Origin: Promethearchaeota archaeon
GTDB taxonomy: Archaea; Asgardarchaeota; Lokiarchaeia; Sigyniarchaeales; SOKP01
Length of the DNA: 64,000 bases
Direction: 5' to 3'
Assembly: GCA_016839705.1 (NCBI GenBank)
Contig: JAEOTR010000057.1
Coordinates: forward strand, 62,601 to 126,600
Positions 11,201 to 20,979 of this stretch are shown here, in pieces. The position numbers and the translations under genes were made by a program. The notes under the pieces are model-generated. The model saw nothing but the letters and a program-made list of their open reading frames with translations, was not told where the DNA came from and ran no database searches. Every line of letters begins with the position of its first letter. Positions within the stretch are counted from its first letter, which is position 1.

Positions 11201-12007
11201 ATGAGTAGTCTCAACCACCATTTTAAAATTTCTAAACTTAAAGATTATTTATACGTTATAATGGAGAATATCTCTATTATTCATCCTGTATATAGAAATG
11301 ATCCTCTAAATTTGTACTTACTTCTAGGTACTCACACCGCTCTTTTAATGGATACAGGATGTGGTCTTTATCCTTTAAAACCTATCGTGGATGAATTGAT
11401 AGTTGACCGAAAATTATTAGTTTTCAACACTCATTATCACTGGGACCATCCTTTGGGCAATGTAGAATTTGGAGAGGTTTATATTCATGAAAGTGAAGTT
11501 GAACTTGTTTCAAAACCCTATGATGTTTCATACTTCAAAGATTCTCCTAATGAAATTGTAAAGATTTACGCGGAGCAAGACTTTTTAATACCTCCCGCAA
11601 AAATAATTAAACCATTACAAGATGGAAATATTTTTGATTTAGGAGAAATTGAGGTAAAGGTTATACATTGTCCAGGACATTCCCCCGGCTCAATTTGTTT
11701 ACTTACAAACAGAGGAGAACTTTTTACTAGTGATGTAGCTTATTATGGGGATATTTTTCTTCCTAACAGAGATTCATTTCCATTAGTACTTAAATCTCTT
11801 TCCAAATTAATGAAAATTTGTGAAGAACAACCAGATCTCGAACTGTATCCATCACATCAGATATATCCATGTGATAAAAATCTTTTAGTTGATCTTTATA
11901 ATGGTATTAGAAATATTGAAAACCTATGGGAGTCTAAAAAAGCCTTTGATTTTTTTGAAGCTTGGCAAGTTGATGATGAGAAGTTTAGGTATTACGTAGC
12001 TAGATGA
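11201..12007 (+). CDS. Metallo-beta-lactamase-fold hydrolase
   Basis: DTG, THYHWDH (HxHxDH), PGHSPGS, TSD, PSH. Confidence 0.88.
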   Translation: MSSLNHHFKISKLKDYLYVIMENISIIHPVYRNDPLNLYLLLGTHTALLMDTGCGLYPLKPIVDELIVDRKLLVFNTHYHWDHPLGNVEFGEVYIHESEVELVSKPYDVSYFKDSPNEIVKIYAEQDFLIPPAKIIKPLQDGNIFDLGEIEVKVIHCPGHSPGSICLLTNRGELFTSDVAYYGDIFLPNRDSFPLVLKSLSKLMKICEEQPDLELYPSHQIYPCDKNLLVDLYNGIRNIENLWESKKAFDFFEAWQVDDEKFRYYVAR

Positions 12008-12136
12008 TAAAAGTTTTTAAAAATCCATATAGAATTAAGCAAATTGTAGAAGAATCATTTGACAAAAGTTTTTATACAATCACGATAATTTTAGAAATGT
12101 TTTAATTTAATAAAACTAAACCAAAGGGTTTGAAAA

Positions 12137-13249
12137 ATGTCAATATCAGATAGATCTAAACTTAGTCAGCAAGTAAAAGAGCTTATGGATGAGTTTCAAA
12201 AGATTCAGATGAAAGCTATTTCAGAATTCCTTAAAATTAAAGAAAACCAGACTATAAATTTCCTTGAACTTAATTCTAAAATCATGGAAGCAAATAAACG
12301 TTGGGTTGAAACCAAAGGAAAAGATTTAACAATTCAGGATTTATATGATCTAACTACACCTGAAGAACGACTCTATCTTAAAAGATTATTCCAATTCATT
12401 TTCGACAAGATGTCAGATCAGCAAGAAAGTGAAAATCCCTTGCCAGAAAACATTAAAATAGAACAGATTATGGCATATGACATCCCTGCAGAATGGCAGA
12501 TTGTTCCAGGAGTAAATGATGATCGAGTTTTATTATATTTCCATGGTGGTGGTATGGTTATAGGTTCCCCTCGAGATTCTCGATATTTCACTGTGGCATT
12601 AGGGCAAGCAACAAAGATGCGGGTATTGAGTATAGATTATCGTCTTGCCCCAGAGCATCCTCATCCTGCAGGTCAAGAAGATTGTGTCACAGCATACAAA
12701 TGGCTCCTGTCAACAGGAATTAAACCAGAAAATATTATAATAGGTGGACTTTCAGCAGGTGGTTATTTTACTCTTACTACAATTCTACGGTTGCGAGAGG
12801 AAGGAATTCCTTTACCCTTAGGAGCAATCTGTCTATCACCAGGTACAGATTTCAGACAAGAGGGTATTGATGACTTATTCTTTGAAAATGCTAGGACAGA
12901 TCCAATATTAGCAGATGGGGGATTATTGTTATTTTGTATCCCCGCTTATGCAGCAGGTGCAGATCTAAACGATCCACTACTTTCCCCAGTTATAGCTGAT
13001 TTTAAGGGATTCCCCCCGTTGCTTGTACAAGCGAGTACAAGTGAAATGCTCTATAGTGGATCCAAGCGTCTTGCTGAAAAAGCTAAGGAAGCAGGAGTTG
13101 ATGTTACTCTAGAGACATGGGATAATATACCACATGGATTTCATGTATTTGGATTAAATGTATTACCTGAAGCTGAGGACGCTATTAATCACATTAAAAT
13201 CTTTATTCAGAAATTGTTTAAAGAAGAAGCGCTTGAAATTCAAGTCTAA
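12137..13249 (+). CDS. Alpha/beta hydrolase, HSL-family esterase
   Basis: HGGG oxyanion motif, DYRLAPEHP, GLSAGG nucleophile elbow, HGF. Confidence 0.9.
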   Translation: MSISDRSKLSQQVKELMDEFQKIQMKAISEFLKIKENQTINFLELNSKIMEANKRWVETKGKDLTIQDLYDLTTPEERLYLKRLFQFIFDKMSDQQESENPLPENIKIEQIMAYDIPAEWQIVPGVNDDRVLLYFHGGGMVIGSPRDSRYFTVALGQATKMRVLSIDYRLAPEHPHPAGQEDCVTAYKWLLSTGIKPENIIIGGLSAGGYFTLTTILRLREEGIPLPLGAICLSPGTDFRQEGIDDLFFENARTDPILADGGLLLFCIPAYAAGADLNDPLLSPVIADFKGFPPLLVQASTSEMLYSGSKRLAEKAKEAGVDVTLETWDNIPHGFHVFGLNVLPEAEDAINHIKIFIQKLFKEEALEIQV

Positions 13250-13377
13250 TTTTTAATTCATCATTTTTTTTCCCCTACTATAAAAATTACCTATTTTGTT
13301 CTATTTTTAAAAAAATAAATATAAATATCTATTATTACAGTACATAAAGATAATTAGCAAATTAATGTGATTTTAAA

Positions 13378-15051
13378 TTGTTTGATAAAGATTATTTGGA
13401 AAAGGTCAAAGAAGAAAAAGAGAAATGGGAAAAGCTCTATGAAAGCCTGAAAGAACGTGATGTTAGATTTGTAACCGACTCTGAAATTCCAATTAAGAAA
13501 TTGTATACTCCATTGGATCTCAAAGAGAACGACTATCTGAGCAATATCAGCTTTCCAGGAACCCCTCCATATACAAGGGGAGTTTATCCTTCTATGTACC
13601 GGGGGAGATTGTGGACTATGAGATTATTTTCAGGTCATGGAACTCCTGAAGAAACTAATAAAAGATGGAAATTTCTCTATGAAAACGGGGAAACAGGATT
13701 TAGTGCGGCAGTTGATGCATTAACTTTTAATGGAATTGACCCTACTAATCCGGATGGTGCTCCCGAAGTTGGAACATCTGGTGTACCGTTGTATTGTATC
13801 GATAGTCTGTTTGCTTTAACTGAAGATATACCAATAGACAAAATCAGTGTAGCATTAGTCGTTGAGCCTTTTACATCTGCACCTGTATGTGCAATGTATT
13901 TTAATATGGCCAAAATGCGCGGATATGACATAAGTAAATTAATAGGTACAACTCAAAATGACATTTTAACAATGACCGTAGGCTATATTCCTTATAAAAA
14001 TTGTCCTCCTAATCACATTCTACGTTTAGCATGCGATTTCATTGAATGGACCGTACCGATGAAAAATGTTCCAAATTGGCATCCTATTAATTTTACTGGA
14101 TACAATTATCGAGAAGGTGGAATTGATGCTGTCCAAGAACTTGGATTCGTATTTGCAAGCGCTTGTTCCCATATTGACAATCTTATTGAACGGGGATGGA
14201 GGGCTGATGATTTTGTAGGGCGTTTAGCTTTTCATTTAGCAGCCCATAAAGATTTTTTTGAAGAAATCGCAAAATTTAGAGCAGCTAGGAGAATTTGGTA
14301 TAAGTTAATGAAAAAATATGAAGTTAAAGATCCAAGAAATTTTGGTTTTCGATTCCATGTTCAGACTGCGGGTTCCTCTTTGACAGCACAATTACCTAAA
14401 TTGAATATAGTAAGAACTGCAATCCAAGCATTAGAAGCAAATCTCGGTGGTTGTCAATCATTGCACACTAATTCTTATGATGAAGCAATTTGCTTACCAT
14501 CTGAGGAAGCTGCTTTAGTTGCCTTAAGAACTCAACAAATAATATCAGATGAAAGTCGGATTCATAATACGATAGATCCTCTCGCAGGCTCATACTTTAT
14601 TGAATGGCTAACTGATGAGATCGAGGAAAGGGTGTGGAAGTATATGGATAAAGTCCAACAGGTGGGGTCGATTGACAAAGCCCTTTCGTCTGGATTTTTA
14701 TATAAGGAAATGAGGGATGCCTTCCATAAGAGAAAAACGCGTCTTGAAAGTGGTGATGAAATTATGCTCGGTGTCAATAAATATCCTGTTCCTTATGACG
14801 ATGTTACTGATGTATTTAGGACCAATAAGAAAGCAATTAACATTGAAGTGGACAGAATTAATAAGTTAAAAGCCAGAAGAGATAACGCAAAATTAGAAAA
14901 GATTTTAGATAAATTGCGGGATGTGTGCGAAAAAGAAGAAAATGTTATGCCTGTTATAATGGAAGCAACTAAAGAAGGGGCAACTGTGGGTGAAATCTGT
15001 GATATTTATAGAGAAATCTGGGGTATCTGGGAGCCTCCATTAGCAATTTAA
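13378..15051 (+). CDS. AdoCbl-dependent acyl-CoA mutase large (substrate-binding) subunit, MCM family, divergent active site
   Basis: PYTRGVYPSMY, QNDIL, FFEEIAKFRAARR, FHVQTAG, QSLHTNSYDEA, IDPLAGSY. Confidence 0.93.
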   Translation: MFDKDYLEKVKEEKEKWEKLYESLKERDVRFVTDSEIPIKKLYTPLDLKENDYLSNISFPGTPPYTRGVYPSMYRGRLWTMRLFSGHGTPEETNKRWKFLYENGETGFSAAVDALTFNGIDPTNPDGAPEVGTSGVPLYCIDSLFALTEDIPIDKISVALVVEPFTSAPVCAMYFNMAKMRGYDISKLIGTTQNDILTMTVGYIPYKNCPPNHILRLACDFIEWTVPMKNVPNWHPINFTGYNYREGGIDAVQELGFVFASACSHIDNLIERGWRADDFVGRLAFHLAAHKDFFEEIAKFRAARRIWYKLMKKYEVKDPRNFGFRFHVQTAGSSLTAQLPKLNIVRTAIQALEANLGGCQSLHTNSYDEAICLPSEEAALVALRTQQIISDESRIHNTIDPLAGSYFIEWLTDEIEERVWKYMDKVQQVGSIDKALSSGFLYKEMRDAFHKRKTRLESGDEIMLGVNKYPVPYDDVTDVFRTNKKAINIEVDRINKLKARRDNAKLEKILDKLRDVCEKEENVMPVIMEATKEGATVGEICDIYREIWGIWEPPLAI

Positions 15052-15069
15052 ATCTAAAGGTGATACCAT

Positions 15070-15468
15070 ATGGATGATAAGAAAATAAGAGTCTTGATGT
15101 CAAAACCGGGTATTGATGGACATTGGCGTGGTGGGATTGTTGTCTCAAGAGCAATTAGAGATGCTGGGATGGAGCTTATATTTGGTGGCTTTCAAAATGT
15201 TCAACAAATTGTTGAAGCAGCAATTCAAGAAGATGTTGATATTATTGGTTTAAGTATTCATTCAGGAGCACATTTTGCTTACACTCAAGAAATCATTGAC
15301 TTATTAAAAGAAAAAGGTGTTTTTGACGACATTATGATTCTAGTCGGAGGTGTTATTCCTGCCATAGACTTTCCAAAATTACGGGAAATGGGAGTAGCAA
15401 ATGTTTACGGTCCTGGAAGTCTTACAAAAGATATCATTGATTTTATTCAAAATAACGTCAAAAAATAA
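15070..15468 (+). CDS. Acyl-CoA mutase cobalamin-binding small subunit
   Basis: KPGIDGHWRG (DxHxxG), GLSIHSGAH, VGGVIP. Confidence 0.93.
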   Translation: MDDKKIRVLMSKPGIDGHWRGGIVVSRAIRDAGMELIFGGFQNVQQIVEAAIQEDVDIIGLSIHSGAHFAYTQEIIDLLKEKGVFDDIMILVGGVIPAIDFPKLREMGVANVYGPGSLTKDIIDFIQNNVKK

Positions 15469-15537
15469 AAAAACTATGCAATATTTTCTTTTTTAAATTA
15501 AAATATATAAGCTATTTTTTAATGGGGTTGCTATTTC

Positions 15538-16512
15538 TTGAAAAGGGACTACGACATTAATGATTTAATCACTAAATTTAAAAATAAGGATAAAATAGCC
15601 TTAGCAAGGTTAATCACAATCATAGAAAATGAACCAGATAAGGCTCATGAGATTTTCAGACATTTAGAAGATGTGAAAAATGATTCATACATAATAGGTA
15701 TTACGGGCTCTCCCGGTGTTGGTAAAAGTACTTTAACGGGTGAAATCTGTAAAAAACTCTTAGATGATGGAAAGAGGATCGGAATAATATGCGTAGATCC
15801 TACGAGCCCATTTAGTGGGGGAGCATTTTTGGGTGATAGGGTAAGGATGACTAATATTTCTTTACACCCAAATATGTTTTTGAGAAGCCTTGCATCAAGA
15901 GGATATAAAGGCGGAATTTCTAGAGCTGTCTTTGACATCAGTTTGTTATATGAAGCTTTTGGAATGGATATAATTATTATCGAAACTGTTGGTGTTGGCC
16001 AAGCTGAATTTGATATCTACAATTTAGTATATTCTGTTGTTGTGGTCCTAGTCCCTGGATACGGAGATGCAATTCAAATGCAAAAAGCAGGAATAATAGA
16101 AATTGGGGATATTTACGATGTAAACAAAAAAGATTTAGGTGGTGAAGACATTGCCGTTCAAATAGAAATGATGCTTGATGATTCCACTTTCCAGAGTGGA
16201 TGGAGACCACCTGTTTCTATGACTAATGCCATTTCCGGGGAAGGTGTGGATGATTTAGTGCAAAATATCATGGACCACAAGGAACATTTAGAATTATCTG
16301 AATCTATTAATGAAAAGAAAAAAAATAGGTTTAGGTATAAGATTAAGGAATTAGTGTATACAAAGATTGATAAAATCATCTCAGAAGGCTTTCTAAATGA
16401 AAACGAAATTAATGAGATTATAAATCATGCTCTAGATGATGGAAAGTTTAAAATTTATCGAACTATCCATAATAAATTCGAGGATGTAAATTTCGAAATT
16501 AATAAAAAATAA
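15538..16512 (+). CDS. meaB: MeaB/ArgK mutase-associated GTPase chaperone
   Basis: GSPGVGKST, VDPTSPFSGGAFLGDRVRM, ETVGVGQ, NKKD. Confidence 0.93.
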   Translation: MKRDYDINDLITKFKNKDKIALARLITIIENEPDKAHEIFRHLEDVKNDSYIIGITGSPGVGKSTLTGEICKKLLDDGKRIGIICVDPTSPFSGGAFLGDRVRMTNISLHPNMFLRSLASRGYKGGISRAVFDISLLYEAFGMDIIIIETVGVGQAEFDIYNLVYSVVVVLVPGYGDAIQMQKAGIIEIGDIYDVNKKDLGGEDIAVQIEMMLDDSTFQSGWRPPVSMTNAISGEGVDDLVQNIMDHKEHLELSESINEKKKNRFRYKIKELVYTKIDKIISEGFLNENEINEIINHALDDGKFKIYRTIHNKFEDVNFEINKK

Positions 16513-16620
16513 AAAAATAACTTTTTCATTTGAATTTCTATTTTATATTGATCAATGTTTAATATTCTTCATTATTTTCAAAAACAATAATTCAAATCAA
16601 ATTAAATTAGACTGTTAAAT

Positions 16621-17427
16621 ATGCCAATACTAGGAATAGATTATGAAAAATGTAATGACTGTCAAATTTGCTATAATGCATGCTATAGATATTTCAGACG
16701 TGATAAAGAATTAAATAAAATGGTATTTGAAGATCCTAATAATCTTTGTGATTCATGCGGGCGTTGCATAGCAAGGTGTAAATCGGATGCGATTTTGTAT
16801 GAAAACTTTGGGGAATTCTTAACTTTTGAAGAAGCTCAAAATCCTAGTACATTAATATCATACGATAATATGCATAAATTTATGAGTGCTAAGCGTTCAA
16901 TTAGGGGATTCAAAAAGAAAAAAGTTCCAAAAGCTGATTTAAAAAAAGTCTTGGACACTATGAAATATGCCCCTACAGGAGCTAACATCCGAACTTTAGA
17001 ATGTACTATAATTTCAGATAATGAAAAAATCAAAGAATTATCAGGAGTGGTTATGGACGCAATAATAGCTTCACGCCTTCCAAGGTATTATGAAAATTTC
17101 ATAAAGGCTAAGAAATATGGGATAGATACAATTTTTCATAATGCCCCTCATGTAATGATTATACACTCAGAAAATCCTGGAGATGCCATGAATTCTACAA
17201 TAGCCCTGACATATGGAATGCTATGTGCGCAAACTTTAGGACTGGGAAGTTGTTGGATTGGATTAGCTCATGGAGTTCTTTCATCGAGTAAAGAAATACA
17301 GGAGAAATATACTGGAATTCAAGGTATTGTATGGGGTGTAATAATTATCGGATATCCTACACAAATTTACTATCGAGTACCACCACGTCCAGACATAAAA
17401 ACTAAAGGATTAGAGGAACTAGAATAA
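16621..17427 (+). CDS. Nitroreductase family protein with N-terminal 4Fe-4S ferredoxin domain
   Basis: CNDCQICYNAC and CDSCGRCIARC; KRSIR, APTGAN, GLGSCWIG. Confidence 0.88.
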   Translation: MPILGIDYEKCNDCQICYNACYRYFRRDKELNKMVFEDPNNLCDSCGRCIARCKSDAILYENFGEFLTFEEAQNPSTLISYDNMHKFMSAKRSIRGFKKKKVPKADLKKVLDTMKYAPTGANIRTLECTIISDNEKIKELSGVVMDAIIASRLPRYYENFIKAKKYGIDTIFHNAPHVMIIHSENPGDAMNSTIALTYGMLCAQTLGLGSCWIGLAHGVLSSSKEIQEKYTGIQGIVWGVIIIGYPTQIYYRVPPRPDIKTKGLEELE

Positions 17428-17460
17428 ATTGTAAATTAATTTATCGAATATTGAAAAAAT

Positions 17461-17829
17461 ATGGTAGAATTCTGTCCTGAATGTGGGAATTTGTTAAGGA
17501 GAAAAACCTGCAGATGTGGGTATGGAGAACCAGAAGGAATCACTAAAGATGCATCTTACAATCATATGAAAAAAATCTGGGATCCCCCCTCTCCTAATAA
17601 CATATACTGCAAAATAACAGCTACTCCTTATGATAAACTTAAATCTATGCTAAATAAAGGGAATATTCCCGAAAAATTAAAGGAAGTAAGAGAGAATATA
17701 AAATCTCATCTTTATTCGTGTAGTAACTGTCTTTATTATCATGGGGATATATTTCTTTGTAAATTTAAAAATAAATACTTAACAAAAGATTCCATCTGTA
17801 GGAGTTTTGAACCCTATTCAGATAACTAA
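17461..17829 (+). CDS. Cys-rich zinc-ribbon protein
   Basis: N-terminal FCPECGNLL...CRCG; second Cys cluster CSNC...C...C at the C-terminus. Confidence 0.7.
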   Translation: MVEFCPECGNLLRRKTCRCGYGEPEGITKDASYNHMKKIWDPPSPNNIYCKITATPYDKLKSMLNKGNIPEKLKEVRENIKSHLYSCSNCLYYHGDIFLCKFKNKYLTKDSICRSFEPYSDN

Positions 17830-17838
17830 TTTCTGAGC

Positions 17839-17887
17839 CTTTAAGCAACTTGTATTGTTCGAAAAGTGGACTTTAAACCTTTAAATA
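17839..17887 (+). promoter_or_regulatory. Conserved operator plus BRE/TATA promoter, copy 1
   Basis: ctttaagcaacttgtattgttcgaaaagtggactttaaacctttaaata; near-identical to 18495-18544 and 20250-20299. Confidence 0.8.
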
Positions 17888-17931
17888 TAATAAAAATAAT
17901 TAAAAACAAAATTGTGAAGGAAAATCATATT

Positions 17932-18444
17932 ATGAAAGAAATTAAAAAATTAGTGTGGATTTTTCCACTTATTGGTGGAATTATAACACTTATCGCTTTA
18001 TTAACTCCCGCCGCATATTTTATTTATCGATCACCATCCTTTACTAGTGATTTTTATCTTTGGATGTGTAATTTATATTTTTCTCATAGGTTTGAATTTG
18101 GTATTTATACCACGATAATTGAATTTGATACCCAATTAATAGGTCTTATCCCCTCGATTATATTATCGCTAATAATTACAATTTTAAGTATATTAACTAT
18201 TACAACTGCTATTAAATGTAGAAAAGGAACTATGAATATCAATATTAGCTGGATGGTCTCGGCTGTGGTAATAATAATTGCAACAATAATATGGATGATA
18301 ATGATGGAAGTTTCTAGGAGAGTGCTATATGGTCATCAATTTTGGGGGATTTTTAATCCTGGTTTCGGTGTTATTGTCCCATTTATAGGTGCCGGTTTAG
18401 AAATAGTAGGATATATTTTTTTGAAGAAAACATTAAGAAATTGA
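17932..18444 (+). CDS. 4-TM membrane protein of unknown function (start moved from GTG 17866 to ATG 17932)
   Basis: Four hydrophobic helices. The annotated GTG lies inside the promoter motif, so the downstream ATG is more plausible. Confidence 0.75.
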   Translation: MKEIKKLVWIFPLIGGIITLIALLTPAAYFIYRSPSFTSDFYLWMCNLYFSHRFEFGIYTTIIEFDTQLIGLIPSIILSLIITILSILTITTAIKCRKGTMNINISWMVSAVVIIIATIIWMIMMEVSRRVLYGHQFWGIFNPGFGVIVPFIGAGLEIVGYIFLKKTLRN

Positions 18445-18494
18445 TAAGCTATCCAATCGTTAATCCTGCAGATTCTATATATAGATGTTTTTAA

Positions 18495-18544
18495 CTTTAA
18501 GTATCTTGTTTTGTTCGAAAAGTGCACCTTAAACCTTTATATAC
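18495..18544 (+). promoter_or_regulatory. Conserved operator plus BRE/TATA promoter, copy 2
   Basis: ctttaagtatcttgttttgttcgaaaagtgcaccttaaacctttatata, ending 57 bp before ATG 18601. Confidence 0.8.
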
Positions 18545-18600
18545 TTTCTTTATAGGTTTGATATAATTTTAAACAAAATAAAAAATTTCAATTAATTCTA

Positions 18601-20208
18601 ATGAAAATCTTTAAAGAAAGAGTTGGAAAATATTACATTCTTTTAACTGTAATTTTTAACCTATTATTCCTAACCGGATTGCTTAATTCAGCAAGTTCAG
18701 TAAAAGAGAATGCCAAACCATATCTTTATTGTTCATATTTCGGAGGATCAGAAAAAGATATTATTACAGGAATGGCTATTGATTCAACGGGTAATGTTGT
18801 TGTAGTGGGTGGAACATTTTCAACAGACCTTGTCGTTCTTAATGGGTTCCAAGAAGAATATGGAGGGGGTTCAAGTGATAATAATCATGAGAACGGAGGA
18901 GATGGATTTGTAGCAAAAATCTCTCCTTCTGGAGACTTAATTTGGGGGACTTACTTGGGTGGAAATGATTTGGATTGTTGTAATGATGTGATAGTTGATC
19001 ATGAGGATAATATCTTAGTTATAGGAAAAACAACATCTGAAAATTTTCCCACAATTGGTAATGCCCTAAAAAAAGAGTTCAGTGGTACCACTGATGGATT
19101 CATTTCAAAATTTTTGTCAAACGGATCCTTAATTTATTCAACATACATCGGGGAAGATGGTGCTGAAAATTTAGTAGATCTCATTGAAGATAAATTTGGT
19201 AATATTATGATAGTTGGGGCGTCTGGATCCTCGAATTTCACCACCACTTTAAATGCTCCTCAGCCAATATTTGGGGGTGTTTTTGATACAATTGTTCTTA
19301 ATTTGTCCCATAACTGTTCGGATATCCTTTTTAGCACATTTTTAGGTGGCAACCGAGGAGATGGTGGTTATAACATTGCATTAGATTATGAAAATAACAT
19401 AATAATAACAGGATATACGTTGAGTGATGATTTTCCCTTAAAAAATCCCTTACAAGATGAAATTTTGGGTGATCAGAGAGAAATCTTTGTCACAAAATTC
19501 AATTCTACCGGTCAAATTATATTTTCAACATATCTCGGGGGAAGCTCATTTGAGGATTCCTTTGGATTGACAGTTAATGCATCAGGAAATATTATTATTT
19601 CCGGGAGAACTGCATCTGATGATTATCCCACGGAAAAAGGTTTACAAAATAATTATTCAGGTGGAGTAGATGCAATTATTTCGATTATAAGTCCTGATGG
19701 TCAGACCCTCGAATATTCAACTTTTCTCGGAGGAAATGGTTGGGACACATTGCATCAAGTAGCTGTTAACTCTTCGAATTCTTTATATGCATGTGGAATC
19801 GGAAGTGGGTTTCCTACAAAAAAGCCATTTCAAAATGGTGTAGCAGGTGGATCAGATTTAGTAATAATGCAATTTTCTCCTGGAAATCATGTGGAACTTT
19901 GCACTTATTTCGGAGGAACTGGGGAAGAATGTCCATATTCTATGAATTTTTATAATACGTCCTTATATATCGCAGGACTTACAAATTCAGAATCACTATT
20001 TATCAGCAAAGACGCCTTTCAAGACAACTATGGAGGAAATACTGACGGATTCATTCTAATAATTGACATCCCCTCTTATTTAGCTTTGGTAGACTCCTTT
20101 CAAATCTTCAATCTAGGTTTAATTCTCACTATAATGATCCCAATTTCTCTGATTGCAGTGACAGGTACTGTTTTTCTTATCCGCAAATATAGAAGGGGAA
20201 TTAGTTAA
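18601..20208 (+). CDS. Secreted, membrane-anchored SBBP-repeat beta-propeller protein
   Basis: Signal peptide; repeated (W/Y/F)STYLGG..D.......D..GN...G.T.S.DFP units; C-terminal TM helix plus RKYRR. Confidence 0.85.
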   Translation: MKIFKERVGKYYILLTVIFNLLFLTGLLNSASSVKENAKPYLYCSYFGGSEKDIITGMAIDSTGNVVVVGGTFSTDLVVLNGFQEEYGGGSSDNNHENGGDGFVAKISPSGDLIWGTYLGGNDLDCCNDVIVDHEDNILVIGKTTSENFPTIGNALKKEFSGTTDGFISKFLSNGSLIYSTYIGEDGAENLVDLIEDKFGNIMIVGASGSSNFTTTLNAPQPIFGGVFDTIVLNLSHNCSDILFSTFLGGNRGDGGYNIALDYENNIIITGYTLSDDFPLKNPLQDEILGDQREIFVTKFNSTGQIIFSTYLGGSSFEDSFGLTVNASGNIIISGRTASDDYPTEKGLQNNYSGGVDAIISIISPDGQTLEYSTFLGGNGWDTLHQVAVNSSNSLYACGIGSGFPTKKPFQNGVAGGSDLVIMQFSPGNHVELCTYFGGTGEECPYSMNFYNTSLYIAGLTNSESLFISKDAFQDNYGGNTDGFILIIDIPSYLALVDSFQIFNLGLILTIMIPISLIAVTGTVFLIRKYRRGIS

Positions 20209-20249
20209 AATTTGGCAGTTCATAAATTTTATTTCTAAAATTTTTTTTT

Positions 20250-20299
20250 CTTTAGCATTACTTAAATTGTACGAAAACTGCACCTTAAAGCTTTATATA
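20250..20299 (+). promoter_or_regulatory. Conserved operator plus BRE/TATA promoter, copy 3
   Basis: ctttagcattacttaaattgtacgaaaactgcaccttaaagctttatata, ending 54 bp before ATG 20353. Confidence 0.78.
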
Positions 20300-20352
20300 C
20301 AGTGTTGTTTCTCATTATATAACTATAATCAAAAGTTAAAGTGTGTAAGTGA

Positions 20353-20949
20353 ATGAACCTAAAAAGAGTTAATATTAAAAATAATATTATTTCATTTTCT
20401 ACCAGTATTTCTTCTTTTTTAATTCCGATTTTCCAATACGTACCATGTACTGGTGTATGGTTTGGGATAATGAGTATACCATTGATATATTATCTGGGTT
20501 TCTTTTTTCAAAATCCTGGAATTGCCTCTTCAGATATTCAATTCTTAATCAGAAACAATGGATTCTACGTTGTACTATTTGGTTTCATTATTTACATCTA
20601 TTCTTTAATATATCAATTAACTCATAGAAAGCAATTGATGCAGACTGGACCCTATAAATATGTGAGACATCCTCAATATATTGCTTTTATTATCATGACT
20701 TTAGGATTAACTATAATTACTTTTGACACAAGTCCAATTTTCAATTTTAATATTGGTAATCTTAACGGATTTACCATTATATTAATTATTTGGATTGGTG
20801 AAGTGATTGCGTATATTGTTTTAGGAAAGATTGAAGAAATTGCCTTAAAAGCTAAATATGGTGATCAATTCTTAAAGTATGCAAGCGAAGTACCATTTAT
20901 GGTCCCATTCTTAAAATTAAAAAGGAATGAAATTAAGAAAAATAATTGA
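20353..20949 (+). CDS. Isoprenylcysteine carboxyl methyltransferase / PEMT family membrane methyltransferase
   Basis: TGPYKYVRHPQY and EEIALKAKYGDQFLKYASEVP motifs; multiple TM helices. Confidence 0.82.
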   Translation: MNLKRVNIKNNIISFSTSISSFLIPIFQYVPCTGVWFGIMSIPLIYYLGFFFQNPGIASSDIQFLIRNNGFYVVLFGFIIYIYSLIYQLTHRKQLMQTGPYKYVRHPQYIAFIIMTLGLTIITFDTSPIFNFNIGNLNGFTIILIIWIGEVIAYIVLGKIEEIALKAKYGDQFLKYASEVPFMVPFLKLKRNEIKKNN

Positions 20950-20979
20950 TAACAACATATTGAAAAATTTAATAATAAT

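Noticed and set aside
17839-20299. Three ~50-bp repeats as a CRISPR array or integron attC-like cassette sites
   Set aside because: They are separated by whole genes, include a TATA box at promoter distance from the start codons, and no cas or integrase gene is present. A regulatory reading fits better, though a cassette origin is not formally excluded.
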